64,000 nt of DNA from a virus. Where the stretch lies: positions 1 to 64,000 of IMG/VR virus record IMGVR_UViG_3300035661_000009; one strand, 5' to 3'. This document shows positions 44,759 to 53,749 of this stretch, piece by piece (the first letter of the stretch is position 1; every line of letters begins with the position of its first letter). A program made the translations under genes and the position numbers. The notes under the pieces are model-generated. The model searched no databases. It worked only from the letters and a program-made list of their open reading frames with translations, and was not told the DNA's origin.

Positions 44759-47267
44759 GGTAACGTTACCGTTTAACGTAATTAAACAAAACGCATTATT
44801 GGGGTATTTGCTTATAAATGAGCGCTTTTTTAGGATGGCTTCACCCAGAATTAAGCCAAGTTGGTTTCTTAGTGAGCGTAATTCACAGGCTTATCAACTT
44901 ATTCTTGATTTCGTAGAAGAATATAAAGATTTTCCAAGAGAGCATGAATTGCTCAATTGCCCACAACTAATGATTAAAGAGCCGCGTGAGCGAGCAACCA
45001 TCCAAAGCACTATTGCAAAGTGTATATCAGAGACGGCACAGGTCAGATTAGAGCAAATTAAGCCAGAATTGACCGAATGGCTACATACCATTACGCTAAT
45101 GAAGGGTCTAACCGACGCCCAAGATTCATTTAACGCCAAGGATATGAAGCTTACTCACAATAAGCTAATGGCTGCCGTTAAAGAAGTGAGTAATACAAAC
45201 TTTGATTCCGGGGACGTGATCACATTTTCTAATTATCAAGAGTATTTATTAGAAACCCAGAAAGAACGAGCCAAAGCCTTAACTACTGGCTTAAAAATGT
45301 TAGACGAAGTAATGTTAGGAAAGGATGCCGAAGGTGGGCTTTTATATGGAGATACGACCATTATAATGGCTCCAATAAATGTAGGAAAATGTGAGGCAAA
45401 AGGCACCGAACTAATTGATTTTAACGGAAAAATTGTTAAGATTGAAGATGTAAAGCCCGGAGATAAGCTAATGGGGCCTGACGGGATGGCTAGAAACGTG
45501 CTTTCAACTACAAAAGGGCACGGACCTATGTATAAAGTTACCCCAAAGGCTGGGGGGCATTCATTTGTTTGTAACGATGTTCACGTATTAAGTCTTAAGC
45601 TAGGATGGACCGATACAAATATTCATAAAGTTGGAGAAATTGTCAATATTCCTGTAAACGAATATTTAACAAAAAGCAATAATTGGAAAGCTCAACATCA
45701 TTTATGGAGAGCTAGTTTGGATTTTAGTCATAAAGAACTTTCAATTGATCCATATATATTAGGATTATGGCTAGGAGATGGGGATAGCCACACCGCGGCA
45801 TTAACTACCATAGATAAAGAACTAGAAGAAATTTGGTCAAAGTGGGTACGCTCTAATGGAGATATAGTTAAGGCAAGAATTCGAAAAAATAACAAAGCAA
45901 GCATTTACGAGGCTTGTGTAGAACCTAGATATTCAAAAGTAAAAAGCAATCAATTGCTTAGAGACATTGAGGTGATTGACAATAAGCATGTTCCTCATAT
46001 CTATCTTACTTCAAGTAGAGATCAAAGACTTAAACTACTTGCTGGATTAATTGATATAAATGGATATTTATGCGAAGATTCTAAGTATTTTGAAATAACT
46101 CAAAAAAACGTCAAGCTTGCTGAAGAAATTGCATTTTTGGCTCGCTCACTTGGATTCAAGGTTTCAGAGGTTAAAACCGAAAAAGCTGATCAGAATGGGA
46201 CTAGGGGAAGTTATATTAGAATGACAATAATGGGCCCTCTTTCTACGATTCCTACTCAACTAGCTAGAAAACAAGGCAAAGATGGGATTAAAAATCCATT
46301 GACAACTAATTTTAGAATCGAGCCTGTAGGCGAAGACGATTACTACGGCTTTACGTTAGATGGGGATCATCTTTATTTACATAAGGATTTTACAGTAACT
46401 CACAATACATCATTCCTTGTCACAACAATGGTTCACAACATACTTCGTGGCAAAGATGTTTTATTTATGACCCATGAAGGTAATCCTAACGAACTTAGAT
46501 TAAAAATTCTTAGTAATATACTTCAAGTTACTGGAAATGATATTTTATCTTTATACAAAGATAAAGCTGGTGAACAAAAGTTAATAGCAGCGACCCAGCA
46601 GCTTGAAAAGCACCTTAAATACATTCCTTATAATAAAGCGGGAGGTATGTTTATTGAAAGAGTTGTTCCCATCATCAGGACCGCTCAAGAGGATTGGATG
46701 GCCAATCACAACGGGAAAGGATTTGACTTGCTAGTATCAGACTATCCTGCTATTCTGAGCACCGAGATGGCCATGCGAGGTAACTTGGCTAAGAGAGATC
46801 AAGATAGAATAGTTTATGACAGTTATGTTCAATTAGCCATAGAGTATAAGTTCCACGCTTTATTAGCCATTCAGACAAACAGAGAAGGAAGTAAGATTAA
46901 CAAGGGATTGACTGGAGAAGGTCGCCAACTAGAAATGGAAGATGTAAAGGAATCATGGGATCCCATGGCTGAAGCTTCGAACGTATTGACCCTTAATAGG
47001 CCTCCTTGGGCAGAAAAGAAAGGTATTTTGATGATTAACCTTGCAAAAACTAGAAGCAATGCAAGAGGAGTTGTGGTATCATGTTTTACAGACTTCTCCA
47101 AAGGTATTACTCATTCTAATGAATTAACCGGTTGGATTGAGCATGGTGGATTTGGAGACGCAGAAGCACGAGCAGACGCCTTAATATCGCAACAAGCAGC
47201 AAGAAAAGCCTTAAGAGAAGTACCGGTAGCCCCGAAAGAAGTTAAAACTAATGACAAAGCTAAATAA
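44739..47267 (+). CDS. dnaB: DnaB-like replicative helicase (intein-containing)
   Basis: APINVGK|TS Walker A split by intein; THEG, SDYP, QTNR, KTR. Confidence 0.9.
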   Translation: MAQTENEVTLPFNVIKQNALLGYLLINERFFRMASPRIKPSWFLSERNSQAYQLILDFVEEYKDFPREHELLNCPQLMIKEPRERATIQSTIAKCISETAQVRLEQIKPELTEWLHTITLMKGLTDAQDSFNAKDMKLTHNKLMAAVKEVSNTNFDSGDVITFSNYQEYLLETQKERAKALTTGLKMLDEVMLGKDAEGGLLYGDTTIIMAPINVGKCEAKGTELIDFNGKIVKIEDVKPGDKLMGPDGMARNVLSTTKGHGPMYKVTPKAGGHSFVCNDVHVLSLKLGWTDTNIHKVGEIVNIPVNEYLTKSNNWKAQHHLWRASLDFSHKELSIDPYILGLWLGDGDSHTAALTTIDKELEEIWSKWVRSNGDIVKARIRKNNKASIYEACVEPRYSKVKSNQLLRDIEVIDNKHVPHIYLTSSRDQRLKLLAGLIDINGYLCEDSKYFEITQKNVKLAEEIAFLARSLGFKVSEVKTEKADQNGTRGSYIRMTIMGPLSTIPTQLARKQGKDGIKNPLTTNFRIEPVGEDDYYGFTLDGDHLYLHKDFTVTHNTSFLVTTMVHNILRGKDVLFMTHEGNPNELRLKILSNILQVTGNDILSLYKDKAGEQKLIAATQQLEKHLKYIPYNKAGGMFIERVVPIIRTAQEDWMANHNGKGFDLLVSDYPAILSTEMAMRGNLAKRDQDRIVYDSYVQLAIEYKFHALLAIQTNREGSKINKGLTGEGRQLEMEDVKESWDPMAEASNVLTLNRPPWAEKKGILMINLAKTRSNARGVVVSCFTDFSKGITHSNELTGWIEHGGFGDAEARADALISQQAARKALREVPVAPKEVKTNDKAK
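45390..46406 (+). mobile_element. Intein with LAGLIDADG homing endonuclease in DnaB Walker A (339 aa)
   Basis: CEAKGT...CNDVH...LGLWLGDG...LAGLIDING...YYGFTLDGDHL...THN|T. Confidence 0.95.
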
Positions 47268-47877
47268 GAGTGAAGAAATCCACGAAGAACACGAACACGA
47301 CCACGACGATGATGTAAAAACATTATCAAGTGGTGGTCAGATCTTTATATCAGGAACGATTAGCCAACAATCGGTCACTGAGATTATGTCTGCATTTAGG
47401 CAAGCCATTCAGGCAAACGAGGTAGTAGATATCTTTATCGCTAGTGGCGGCGGTTGGGCTGCAGGGGGGTTTGCTCTGTATGATATGTTCAAAAGCGTTC
47501 CCAATAAAGTAAGAACGTTTGGGTGTGGATTCGTAGGTTCGGCAGCAAACCTACTCTTCGTTGCTGGTGACGAACGATATATGTATAAAAGTTGTAGAAT
47601 GTATCTCCATGACGGAAGCGCTAGTATCGGGGGCGACTTCTCAGAAAGAGCTCTTAAATCAGTAAGCAATGAAATGGTCGTATTAGAAGACTTATACAAT
47701 GATTATATGGCCGAAAATAGTCATTTGACCGCGAAGAAGGTCAAAGAGATGTGTAGGGCTGAGACCTACCTTTCCGCTGAAGATTGTGTTAGGATGGGAA
47801 TTGCTGATTATTTAATTAACGACTTCCCTAAGAAGCTTAAGAAGCTTAAGAAGTCTAAAAAGAAGGCTAAAAAGTGA
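47251..47877 (+). CDS. clpP: ClpP-family protease
   Basis: IFISGTI, IASGGG, G..GSAA (Ser), MYLHD (His), ETYLSAEDC..MGIAD; His/acid-rich N-terminus. Confidence 0.85.
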   Translation: MTKLNKSEEIHEEHEHDHDDDVKTLSSGGQIFISGTISQQSVTEIMSAFRQAIQANEVVDIFIASGGGWAAGGFALYDMFKSVPNKVRTFGCGFVGSAANLLFVAGDERYMYKSCRMYLHDGSASIGGDFSERALKSVSNEMVVLEDLYNDYMAENSHLTAKKVKEMCRAETYLSAEDCVRMGIADYLINDFPKKLKKLKKSKKKAKK

Positions 47878-48500
47878 TAACTCCAACTCTACAAAATGTT
47901 AAAGATTTCGTATCAAAACATAGAAATTTAACCATAGTAATAGTAGTTATTTTACTTTTAATCGGGTCCTTCTTAGCTGGTCGATATACGACCACGCCTA
48001 AGGTAGAAACTAAGATAGTCGAAAAAGAGGTCATTAAGACTGTTGAGGTCGAAAAACAAGTTGATACTACCAAATATTGGGACAATACCAACAAAGACGA
48101 AGCCACTAAAGAAAATGTCCATACTAATACAGTAAAAGAAACTAAACCAGATGGAACAGTTACTGAACATACAATTACAGACACTAATCTAGACCATGTA
48201 GTCAAAGAAGTAGAGGTTAAGTATGTAGATAGGGTGGTAACCGTAGAAAAAGAAGTTCAAGTAGATAAGATAGTGACTGTAGAAAAAACCGTAAAGCCGA
48301 TCTTGCCAGATTGGGAAGCAAGTATTAAGGTAGGAGCAAGCATCAATAACCTCTTTAATCCAACTCTTGGCTCACCATTGGTAATAGGATTAGAGGTAGA
48401 TAGGCGGGTTCTAGGACCATTTAAGGTAGGGGTTTGGGGCAGTACAAACACAACATTTAATCAGTGGCAGGCTGGTGTGTCACTTGGAGCGGAGTTTTAA
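47874..48500 (+). CDS. Membrane protein with N-terminal TM helix and C-terminal beta-barrel-like strands (spanin-like candidate)
   Basis: LTIVIVVILLLIGSFLAG; VEKEV repeats; ends QAGVSLGAEF. Confidence 0.55.
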   Translation: MITPTLQNVKDFVSKHRNLTIVIVVILLLIGSFLAGRYTTTPKVETKIVEKEVIKTVEVEKQVDTTKYWDNTNKDEATKENVHTNTVKETKPDGTVTEHTITDTNLDHVVKEVEVKYVDRVVTVEKEVQVDKIVTVEKTVKPILPDWEASIKVGASINNLFNPTLGSPLVIGLEVDRRVLGPFKVGVWGSTNTTFNQWQAGVSLGAEF

Positions 48501-48664
48501 TGAATATCGATTCAGATGATTTAGCGGCAATTATAGAAGAAGAGCTAGTTGAAAAACTAGGAATTGATGACGAAGAGTTAATACAAGAAATCGTAGAAAG
48601 CATTATAGACCGTGCCGAAGACGAGAGTATGTTTAACGAGTCAGACAATAAATTCGATGATTAA
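48500..48664 (+). CDS. Small acidic protein (54 aa)
   Basis: TAATG coupling, GGAG RBS; MNIDSDDLAAIIEEE... Confidence 0.6.
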   Translation: MNIDSDDLAAIIEEELVEKLGIDDEELIQEIVESIIDRAEDESMFNESDNKFDD

Positions 48665-48914
48665 AGAAATTAAGCATCTTACAGCTTTACAGGGGAATGG
48701 GGATATATTACATAGAATAATATTACGGTCTGAGGATTGTGACCAATTCGGAGAAAGAGCTAGATACATTAAGAATAATATGCTTCGAGCCGCTGTCGAC
48801 AATCCTGATTTATTAGGTTATAAGTTCTATGAATTCTATAGTCTAAAACTAGAGCATTTTCAAGGGGCTTGGCAGTTGACTGCAAGTATCATAGAGCCCA
48901 AAGAAGAGAAATAA
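48657..48914 (+). CDS. Hypothetical protein (85 aa)
   Basis: ATG overlaps upstream stop region. Confidence 0.55.
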   Translation: MIKEIKHLTALQGNGDILHRIILRSEDCDQFGERARYIKNNMLRAAVDNPDLLGYKFYEFYSLKLEHFQGAWQLTASIIEPKEEK

Positions 48915-48946
48915 TCTTCAATATGTAGGTTACACAAGAGGTTAAA

Positions 48947-49255
48947 GTGGCTCACAACATTCGTATAGTTCAAGACAGAGCGAGAAAAGAAACTAAAGAA
49001 GTAAAGAATAAAGAACTACAAGAATTACGAAAAGAGAATCAAAAACTGCGTAGGGAAAATTCAAGACTACGTAGAGATTTAGCTAAACGATTAAATTATG
49101 AACCCGAAGAAGCGACGGCAGAAGAGTTCAACATACCAGCAGCAACCAAAGAGCTTTGTCCAGAATGTGGCTCAGACAATATTGGGAAAATGAATTTAGG
49201 TAGCAAAGAGATTACCGTTTGCAAAGCCTGCAAATGGAGAAAGATAAGTGCATAA
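48947..49255 (+). CDS. Coiled-coil plus zinc-ribbon protein
   Basis: LRKENQKLRRENSRLRR; CPEC...CKAC; GAGG RBS. Confidence 0.7.
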   Translation: MAHNIRIVQDRARKETKEVKNKELQELRKENQKLRRENSRLRRDLAKRLNYEPEEATAEEFNIPAATKELCPECGSDNIGKMNLGSKEITVCKACKWRKISA

Positions 49256-49812
49256 TGTCGAAAACAAGAGATGCGAAAGTATTACCAGTATTGGAGTATA
49301 ATAATCCGATACTATCAGAAAAATCAACGTTAGTTATGTCAGATATCAAATCTGAAGATATTCAGAATTTGATTAAAGATATGCATCATACGTTATTGAA
49401 CTACGGGGCAATAGGTCTTGCTGCCCCGCAAGTCGGAGTAAATCTACGTATGCTAGTTCTTAATGTTGAAGGTAAGAAATATACGATGATTAATCCGGTA
49501 GTGTCACAGTTATCTACAGCCGTTTCTTTTGAAAACGAAGGCTGCCTATCAATACCCGGAGTCTATAAAAGAGTTAGACGACCCATGAATATTGTAGTGT
49601 CCTACCAAGACGAAAATGGCGACAACCAAACCTCTGGTGGCTCAACTGCAAGTTCTGGCGGCTTATTTGCTAGAGCGGTTTTGCATGAAATCGAGCATTT
49701 AGATGGCAAATTCTTCTTAGACAATCTCAATATTATAGAAAAGAATATGGTATTGAAGAAATATTCTTTGCAGAAGCGTAAATATACCGCTTTAGCGAAG
49801 TTAGGAGTTTAA
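49255..49812 (+). CDS. def: Peptide deformylase
   Basis: AIGLAAPQVG, EGCLS, HEIEHLDG. Confidence 0.95.
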   Translation: MSKTRDAKVLPVLEYNNPILSEKSTLVMSDIKSEDIQNLIKDMHHTLLNYGAIGLAAPQVGVNLRMLVLNVEGKKYTMINPVVSQLSTAVSFENEGCLSIPGVYKRVRRPMNIVVSYQDENGDNQTSGGSTASSGGLFARAVLHEIEHLDGKFFLDNLNIIEKNMVLKKYSLQKRKYTALAKLGV

Positions 49813-49813
49813 T

Positions 49814-50557
49814 ATGAAAATAGATGTAATGTCAGATCTCCATCTAGATCTATTAAGCGATAAAGATGTAAACCTATTTTTAGATAAGTGTAAAGAGCAC
49901 TCGGCTAATAATGGTAAACCAGATTTACTATTATTAGCCGGAGATATCGGGTCTTTAAGAAATCAAGATAAATATAAAAATTTAATACTTGATATAAATA
50001 AAGCAATTGGTCCAGCAATTAATACAGTATCTATACAAGGGAACCACGACTTTTGGCATAGCAAGTTCCTGCCAACAGATCTTGAACCCCGCTATTGCAC
50101 TACGGGAGGCGGCTCAGAAATAACTACCGTTCTATATCACCCCGGATGGTTTGACGCTAACGAAACCCCACGTCACGTATGGCCCTATTGGCCAGATTTT
50201 AGGTATATTGGGGCAGATATTAAAGAAGCTACCCAATCAATTACTAAAGCTCATAAAGCGTTATGCAAAGAGTTAGAGACAGGAACCTTTGGCATATTAA
50301 TGACACATCATTTTCCCGTAGAATCGACTGACGCAAAATGGATGGGTAGCGAAACAAACGGGTTCTTTAGCTCGTCTAATTTTGTCTCTTCATTAAAGAA
50401 AAATTCTAATAAACCAAAACTATGGGTACACGGCCATACACACGACCCAATGGACTATGTACATCCGTTAGGGATGCGCGTATACTGCAATCCTCTCGGT
50501 TACAAACACGAGGGCATGAACGACGACTTTTGGAATAGAGTCAGAATTGAATTATAA
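49814..50557 (+). CDS. Metallophosphoesterase
   Basis: SDLH, AGDI, GNHD, THH, HGHTH, NPLGY. Confidence 0.88.
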   Translation: MKIDVMSDLHLDLLSDKDVNLFLDKCKEHSANNGKPDLLLLAGDIGSLRNQDKYKNLILDINKAIGPAINTVSIQGNHDFWHSKFLPTDLEPRYCTTGGGSEITTVLYHPGWFDANETPRHVWPYWPDFRYIGADIKEATQSITKAHKALCKELETGTFGILMTHHFPVESTDAKWMGSETNGFFSSSNFVSSLKKNSNKPKLWVHGHTHDPMDYVHPLGMRVYCNPLGYKHEGMNDDFWNRVRIEL

Positions 50558-51021
50558 TGAATTTAATGAACAAAATACTCGTATTATTGTTACTAAGCTG
50601 TGGTCCAAACGTAGCAACTCCATACGAGTATTTTTCAAACTGCGTAAAAGTAAAATCCACCGTCGAGCTTACACAAGCTGCGGTGGATTTTCATATTGGT
50701 GAAACCATTTCTTGGTATGACCACAAATTCTTGCCCGGAGATTGGTGCAGAGATATTAAAAATACTAATACTGAGATTATTGTAGTTGATGGCGATTTTG
50801 ATTGCACAGCATATTCAGTAGGCTGTGCAGGATTTACAGAGCCAGGATTTATATGGATAAACGGAAGAAGACGCTCAATTCTTCACGAGTCTTTTCATAT
50901 GAGAGACTTGCTATACGACACATTAGATTATATTAATGGTCCGCATTTTCTTTGGGATAAAAAAGGATATTGGCAAGCCTCTGATAATTTTAAAAACAAT
51001 TTATTTACAATTATAAATTAA
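50557..51021 (+). CDS. Putative lipoprotein with HExxH metallopeptidase motif
   Basis: MNKILVLLLLSC lipobox-like signal; ILHESFH. Confidence 0.6.
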   Translation: MNLMNKILVLLLLSCGPNVATPYEYFSNCVKVKSTVELTQAAVDFHIGETISWYDHKFLPGDWCRDIKNTNTEIIVVDGDFDCTAYSVGCAGFTEPGFIWINGRRRSILHESFHMRDLLYDTLDYINGPHFLWDKKGYWQASDNFKNNLFTIIN

Positions 51022-53324
51022 CTTAAAACTCCAGTTAATTGTTGTAATGAATAATTAATCCTTGCTCCATATATAATTATAGTATCTGTACCCGGAGCAC
51101 TCAATGAAGCATTTAAAAATAGTTTTATATAACCGTTTGTTTGGCTGGTAAAAGTACCTCCTGGCGTAATTGTAAATACGTTATTTACCGTAGCTCCGGT
51201 TCCGTTAGTTACCGGCCCGACTCCACCAGTAGCTATTACTCCAAAATCTCTGAATGTAGCCGAATCATATACCTGAAGGACGGACCCGGTAATTGTTGCT
51301 GTACCGACCATACCCGCTTGCAAGCCGTAATATACAGTCACGCTATTTATAATTACCCCCTGCGGAATATTTGTTCGTATATCTAAAGGGTATGGGCTAC
51401 CGCCACCAGTAAGTGTAGTTACGTAACTATCTTGTATGGTTATAATTGCATTCCATTTTCCAGAGCTATAGCTCATGTCGCTTGTTGAAGAATGCGATAT
51501 TTTAGTAGGAATAGTAATTGCGTTCGAACTTCCATTACCAGAATACATCAGTCTGCTTTCACCAGACGAACCACTTAACTTAATGTCGCCATTTGTTATA
51601 AGTAACGCATCATAATTGTTACTATATGCAGTGGCTGATAGTGCAACTCCGGCAGAGTTAGTAAAAGCGGCAAACGCTCCACCCAATCCACCACCGGTAG
51701 TAACGCCTACAATGGCACTTCCAGACCCAGAATTAACTACAGATATTCCTGATCCTGAACCAGAATTTGTTATAGAGATACCAACGCCAATTGTATTTAC
51801 ACCAATACTTAGGCCACTTCCAGAAGCTATTCCTGAAAGAGCTATTCCGCCGTTTGAACCTAACGCCGGAACGACTGGAGTAAATCCACCAATAGTGCCC
51901 GGAGCTTGATTCAAAACAACCAATCCAAGCGAAGTAGTTGTCGCAGCTTGGAAGGTTCTACCTACTTCGTAAGCTCTTTCGCGACTATAGCAAAGAGAGC
52001 CATCTCTCCAAGCAATAATCATTCTACGGCCCGGTAAAGCACTTGAGCCAAGAGTAGTAAGCGGTAGAGTTACTGGAGTTAATGTCGCATTTTGTGATCT
52101 ATCAAGATCTACATATAGACAATTCCCATCCACAATAACTGTGTTACCATCTGCAATTATATTATAATAAAATGCTGTACCGCTATTTTCAAATAAGAGT
52201 CTTAAACCTTTCCAAGCTAAGGTATCGTTTATAGTAGCTGCAATAGTATTGCTTACGGCCCCAGTAGACAAAGTGTCGGTATACGTAAAGGTATTTGTGG
52301 CTATTGCTGTAACCTGGAACGTCCCAGAGACAAAGTTAGTATCACCACCAGCATAAGCTATTTTAACTAGCCCGTTAACTTGGAATGGATGACCAGTAAA
52401 GGTTACCGTAACCGTAGATCCCGTTCTGGCTACTGCGCCAATTGCAAGGTTAAAGCCGTTTACAAACCAAAGATTGTCTCCATTGCTTGTAACCGAAGAA
52501 CTATAACGTAGCTTTACGTTGTCTCGAATTTGATTACTGAACCATGAATCGCCGCCGCGGATTTCCCATAGCGAAGTCATCATAGCATCCATCCATCCCT
52601 TAATACTGCCAAAGTTCTTTTCTTCTGTATTGAATGGGCTTAAGGTGCTTCCCGATACATACGAGGGCGGAACAGCAACTCTCGTACCCCATGAATACTT
52701 ATTAGTAACGCTAGGGGTGTCGCCGCCAGAAGCCAACCCAAGCATCATCTTTCTAGCGTCAGTAACTCCAGTAATTAACCCAGAACCGTCCACGTTTACT
52801 ATAGCAATAGGTAGGACATTGGTAGTCGCTGAGAAGTTAGTAGTGCTTATAATTATCTTATATTGCAGTGTTCTAGCTAGCGGAACATCTTGTGAAATTT
52901 CCGTACTGGTAGTAGGGTCAAGAAACTGTTTAGTATCTATAGTTGAGCTATCTGCACTGCGGAATAAGTCAATACCTACGTAGTTAGCTGCACTATTAAC
53001 AAAGAAACCGTTGATATTGCTATTGGTTTGGGTTAATTGTTGTGCAGTTGCATTGTCATCGATAGTGAAGACTGTACCTGATTCACTTGCAAGGTAATGG
53101 AATATAACGCTGCCAGCGACGTTTAGCTGAAGGCTTGAAGCCTTTTGTCCAATCATGCTGTCAACACTTAGGGTCAAACCTTTAATAACTAGTGCGGCTT
53201 TCCCAGCTAACGCCTTTCCAGCTAAGTCATCGAAGTCGCTGCTAACAGAGCTTTCAATTGAACGTAAATCAGGTACGTCAACTCGTTCTTGCCCTAAGAA
53301 ATTAACTTGTCGTTTAATGCTCAT
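51018..53324 (-). CDS. Baseplate / tail fibre protein
   Basis: 768 aa, G/S/T-rich; ATTTSLGLV fibre motif; beta-helix-like G-x-G-I-x-I repeats. Confidence 0.65.
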   Translation of the reverse strand: MSIKRQVNFLGQERVDVPDLRSIESSVSSDFDDLAGKALAGKAALVIKGLTLSVDSMIGQKASSLQLNVAGSVIFHYLASESGTVFTIDDNATAQQLTQTNSNINGFFVNSAANYVGIDLFRSADSSTIDTKQFLDPTTSTEISQDVPLARTLQYKIIISTTNFSATTNVLPIAIVNVDGSGLITGVTDARKMMLGLASGGDTPSVTNKYSWGTRVAVPPSYVSGSTLSPFNTEEKNFGSIKGWMDAMMTSLWEIRGGDSWFSNQIRDNVKLRYSSSVTSNGDNLWFVNGFNLAIGAVARTGSTVTVTFTGHPFQVNGLVKIAYAGGDTNFVSGTFQVTAIATNTFTYTDTLSTGAVSNTIAATINDTLAWKGLRLLFENSGTAFYYNIIADGNTVIVDGNCLYVDLDRSQNATLTPVTLPLTTLGSSALPGRRMIIAWRDGSLCYSRERAYEVGRTFQAATTTSLGLVVLNQAPGTIGGFTPVVPALGSNGGIALSGIASGSGLSIGVNTIGVGISITNSGSGSGISVVNSGSGSAIVGVTTGGGLGGAFAAFTNSAGVALSATAYSNNYDALLITNGDIKLSGSSGESRLMYSGNGSSNAITIPTKISHSSTSDMSYSSGKWNAIITIQDSYVTTLTGGGSPYPLDIRTNIPQGVIINSVTVYYGLQAGMVGTATITGSVLQVYDSATFRDFGVIATGGVGPVTNGTGATVNNVFTITPGGTFTSQTNGYIKLFLNASLSAPGTDTIIIYGARINYSLQQLTGVLS

Positions 53325-53744
53325 TTAAAACTCCGATTCATTGGACCAAGAAAGGCCTTCAAAGCTAAAAGTTCCCTTCATGACGCCTCTTGGGGTAACT
53401 GACCAACTTTGGTTAATGACTAACGCTTCTAAGCTTTTGAATATAACTGCGTTACTTTTTCTATCTACTAAAACTATTGAGATGTATTTCTCTAATGTAA
53501 GATTGTCTTCCGAAGCTACGATATTTGTGCCTTCTAAGCCACCATATCCACCTAATCTAGTACATTCAAGTTTTCCACTTACTTTGACACTTCCGGGTAT
53601 AATTTCAAACGTACTAACGAAATCTAAGCCACCAAGGCTTTTTCTGCCATAATCGACGGTATATTCAAATCCAGTGCAAACGCCAAATGGTCGGCTATTT
53701 ATATAAACCTTTACACTACTGCCTGTAATTGTTATTGATTTCAT
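53325..53744 (-). CDS. Tail-tube-like baseplate protein
   Basis: 139 aa; ITGSSVKVYIN...EIIPG..VSG...FSFEG tube-fold pattern; baseplate context. Confidence 0.55.
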   Translation of the reverse strand: MKSITITGSSVKVYINSRPFGVCTGFEYTVDYGRKSLGGLDFVSTFEIIPGSVKVSGKLECTRLGGYGGLEGTNIVASEDNLTLEKYISIVLVDRKSNAVIFKSLEALVINQSWSVTPRGVMKGTFSFEGLSWSNESEF

Positions 53745-53749
53745 TACAT

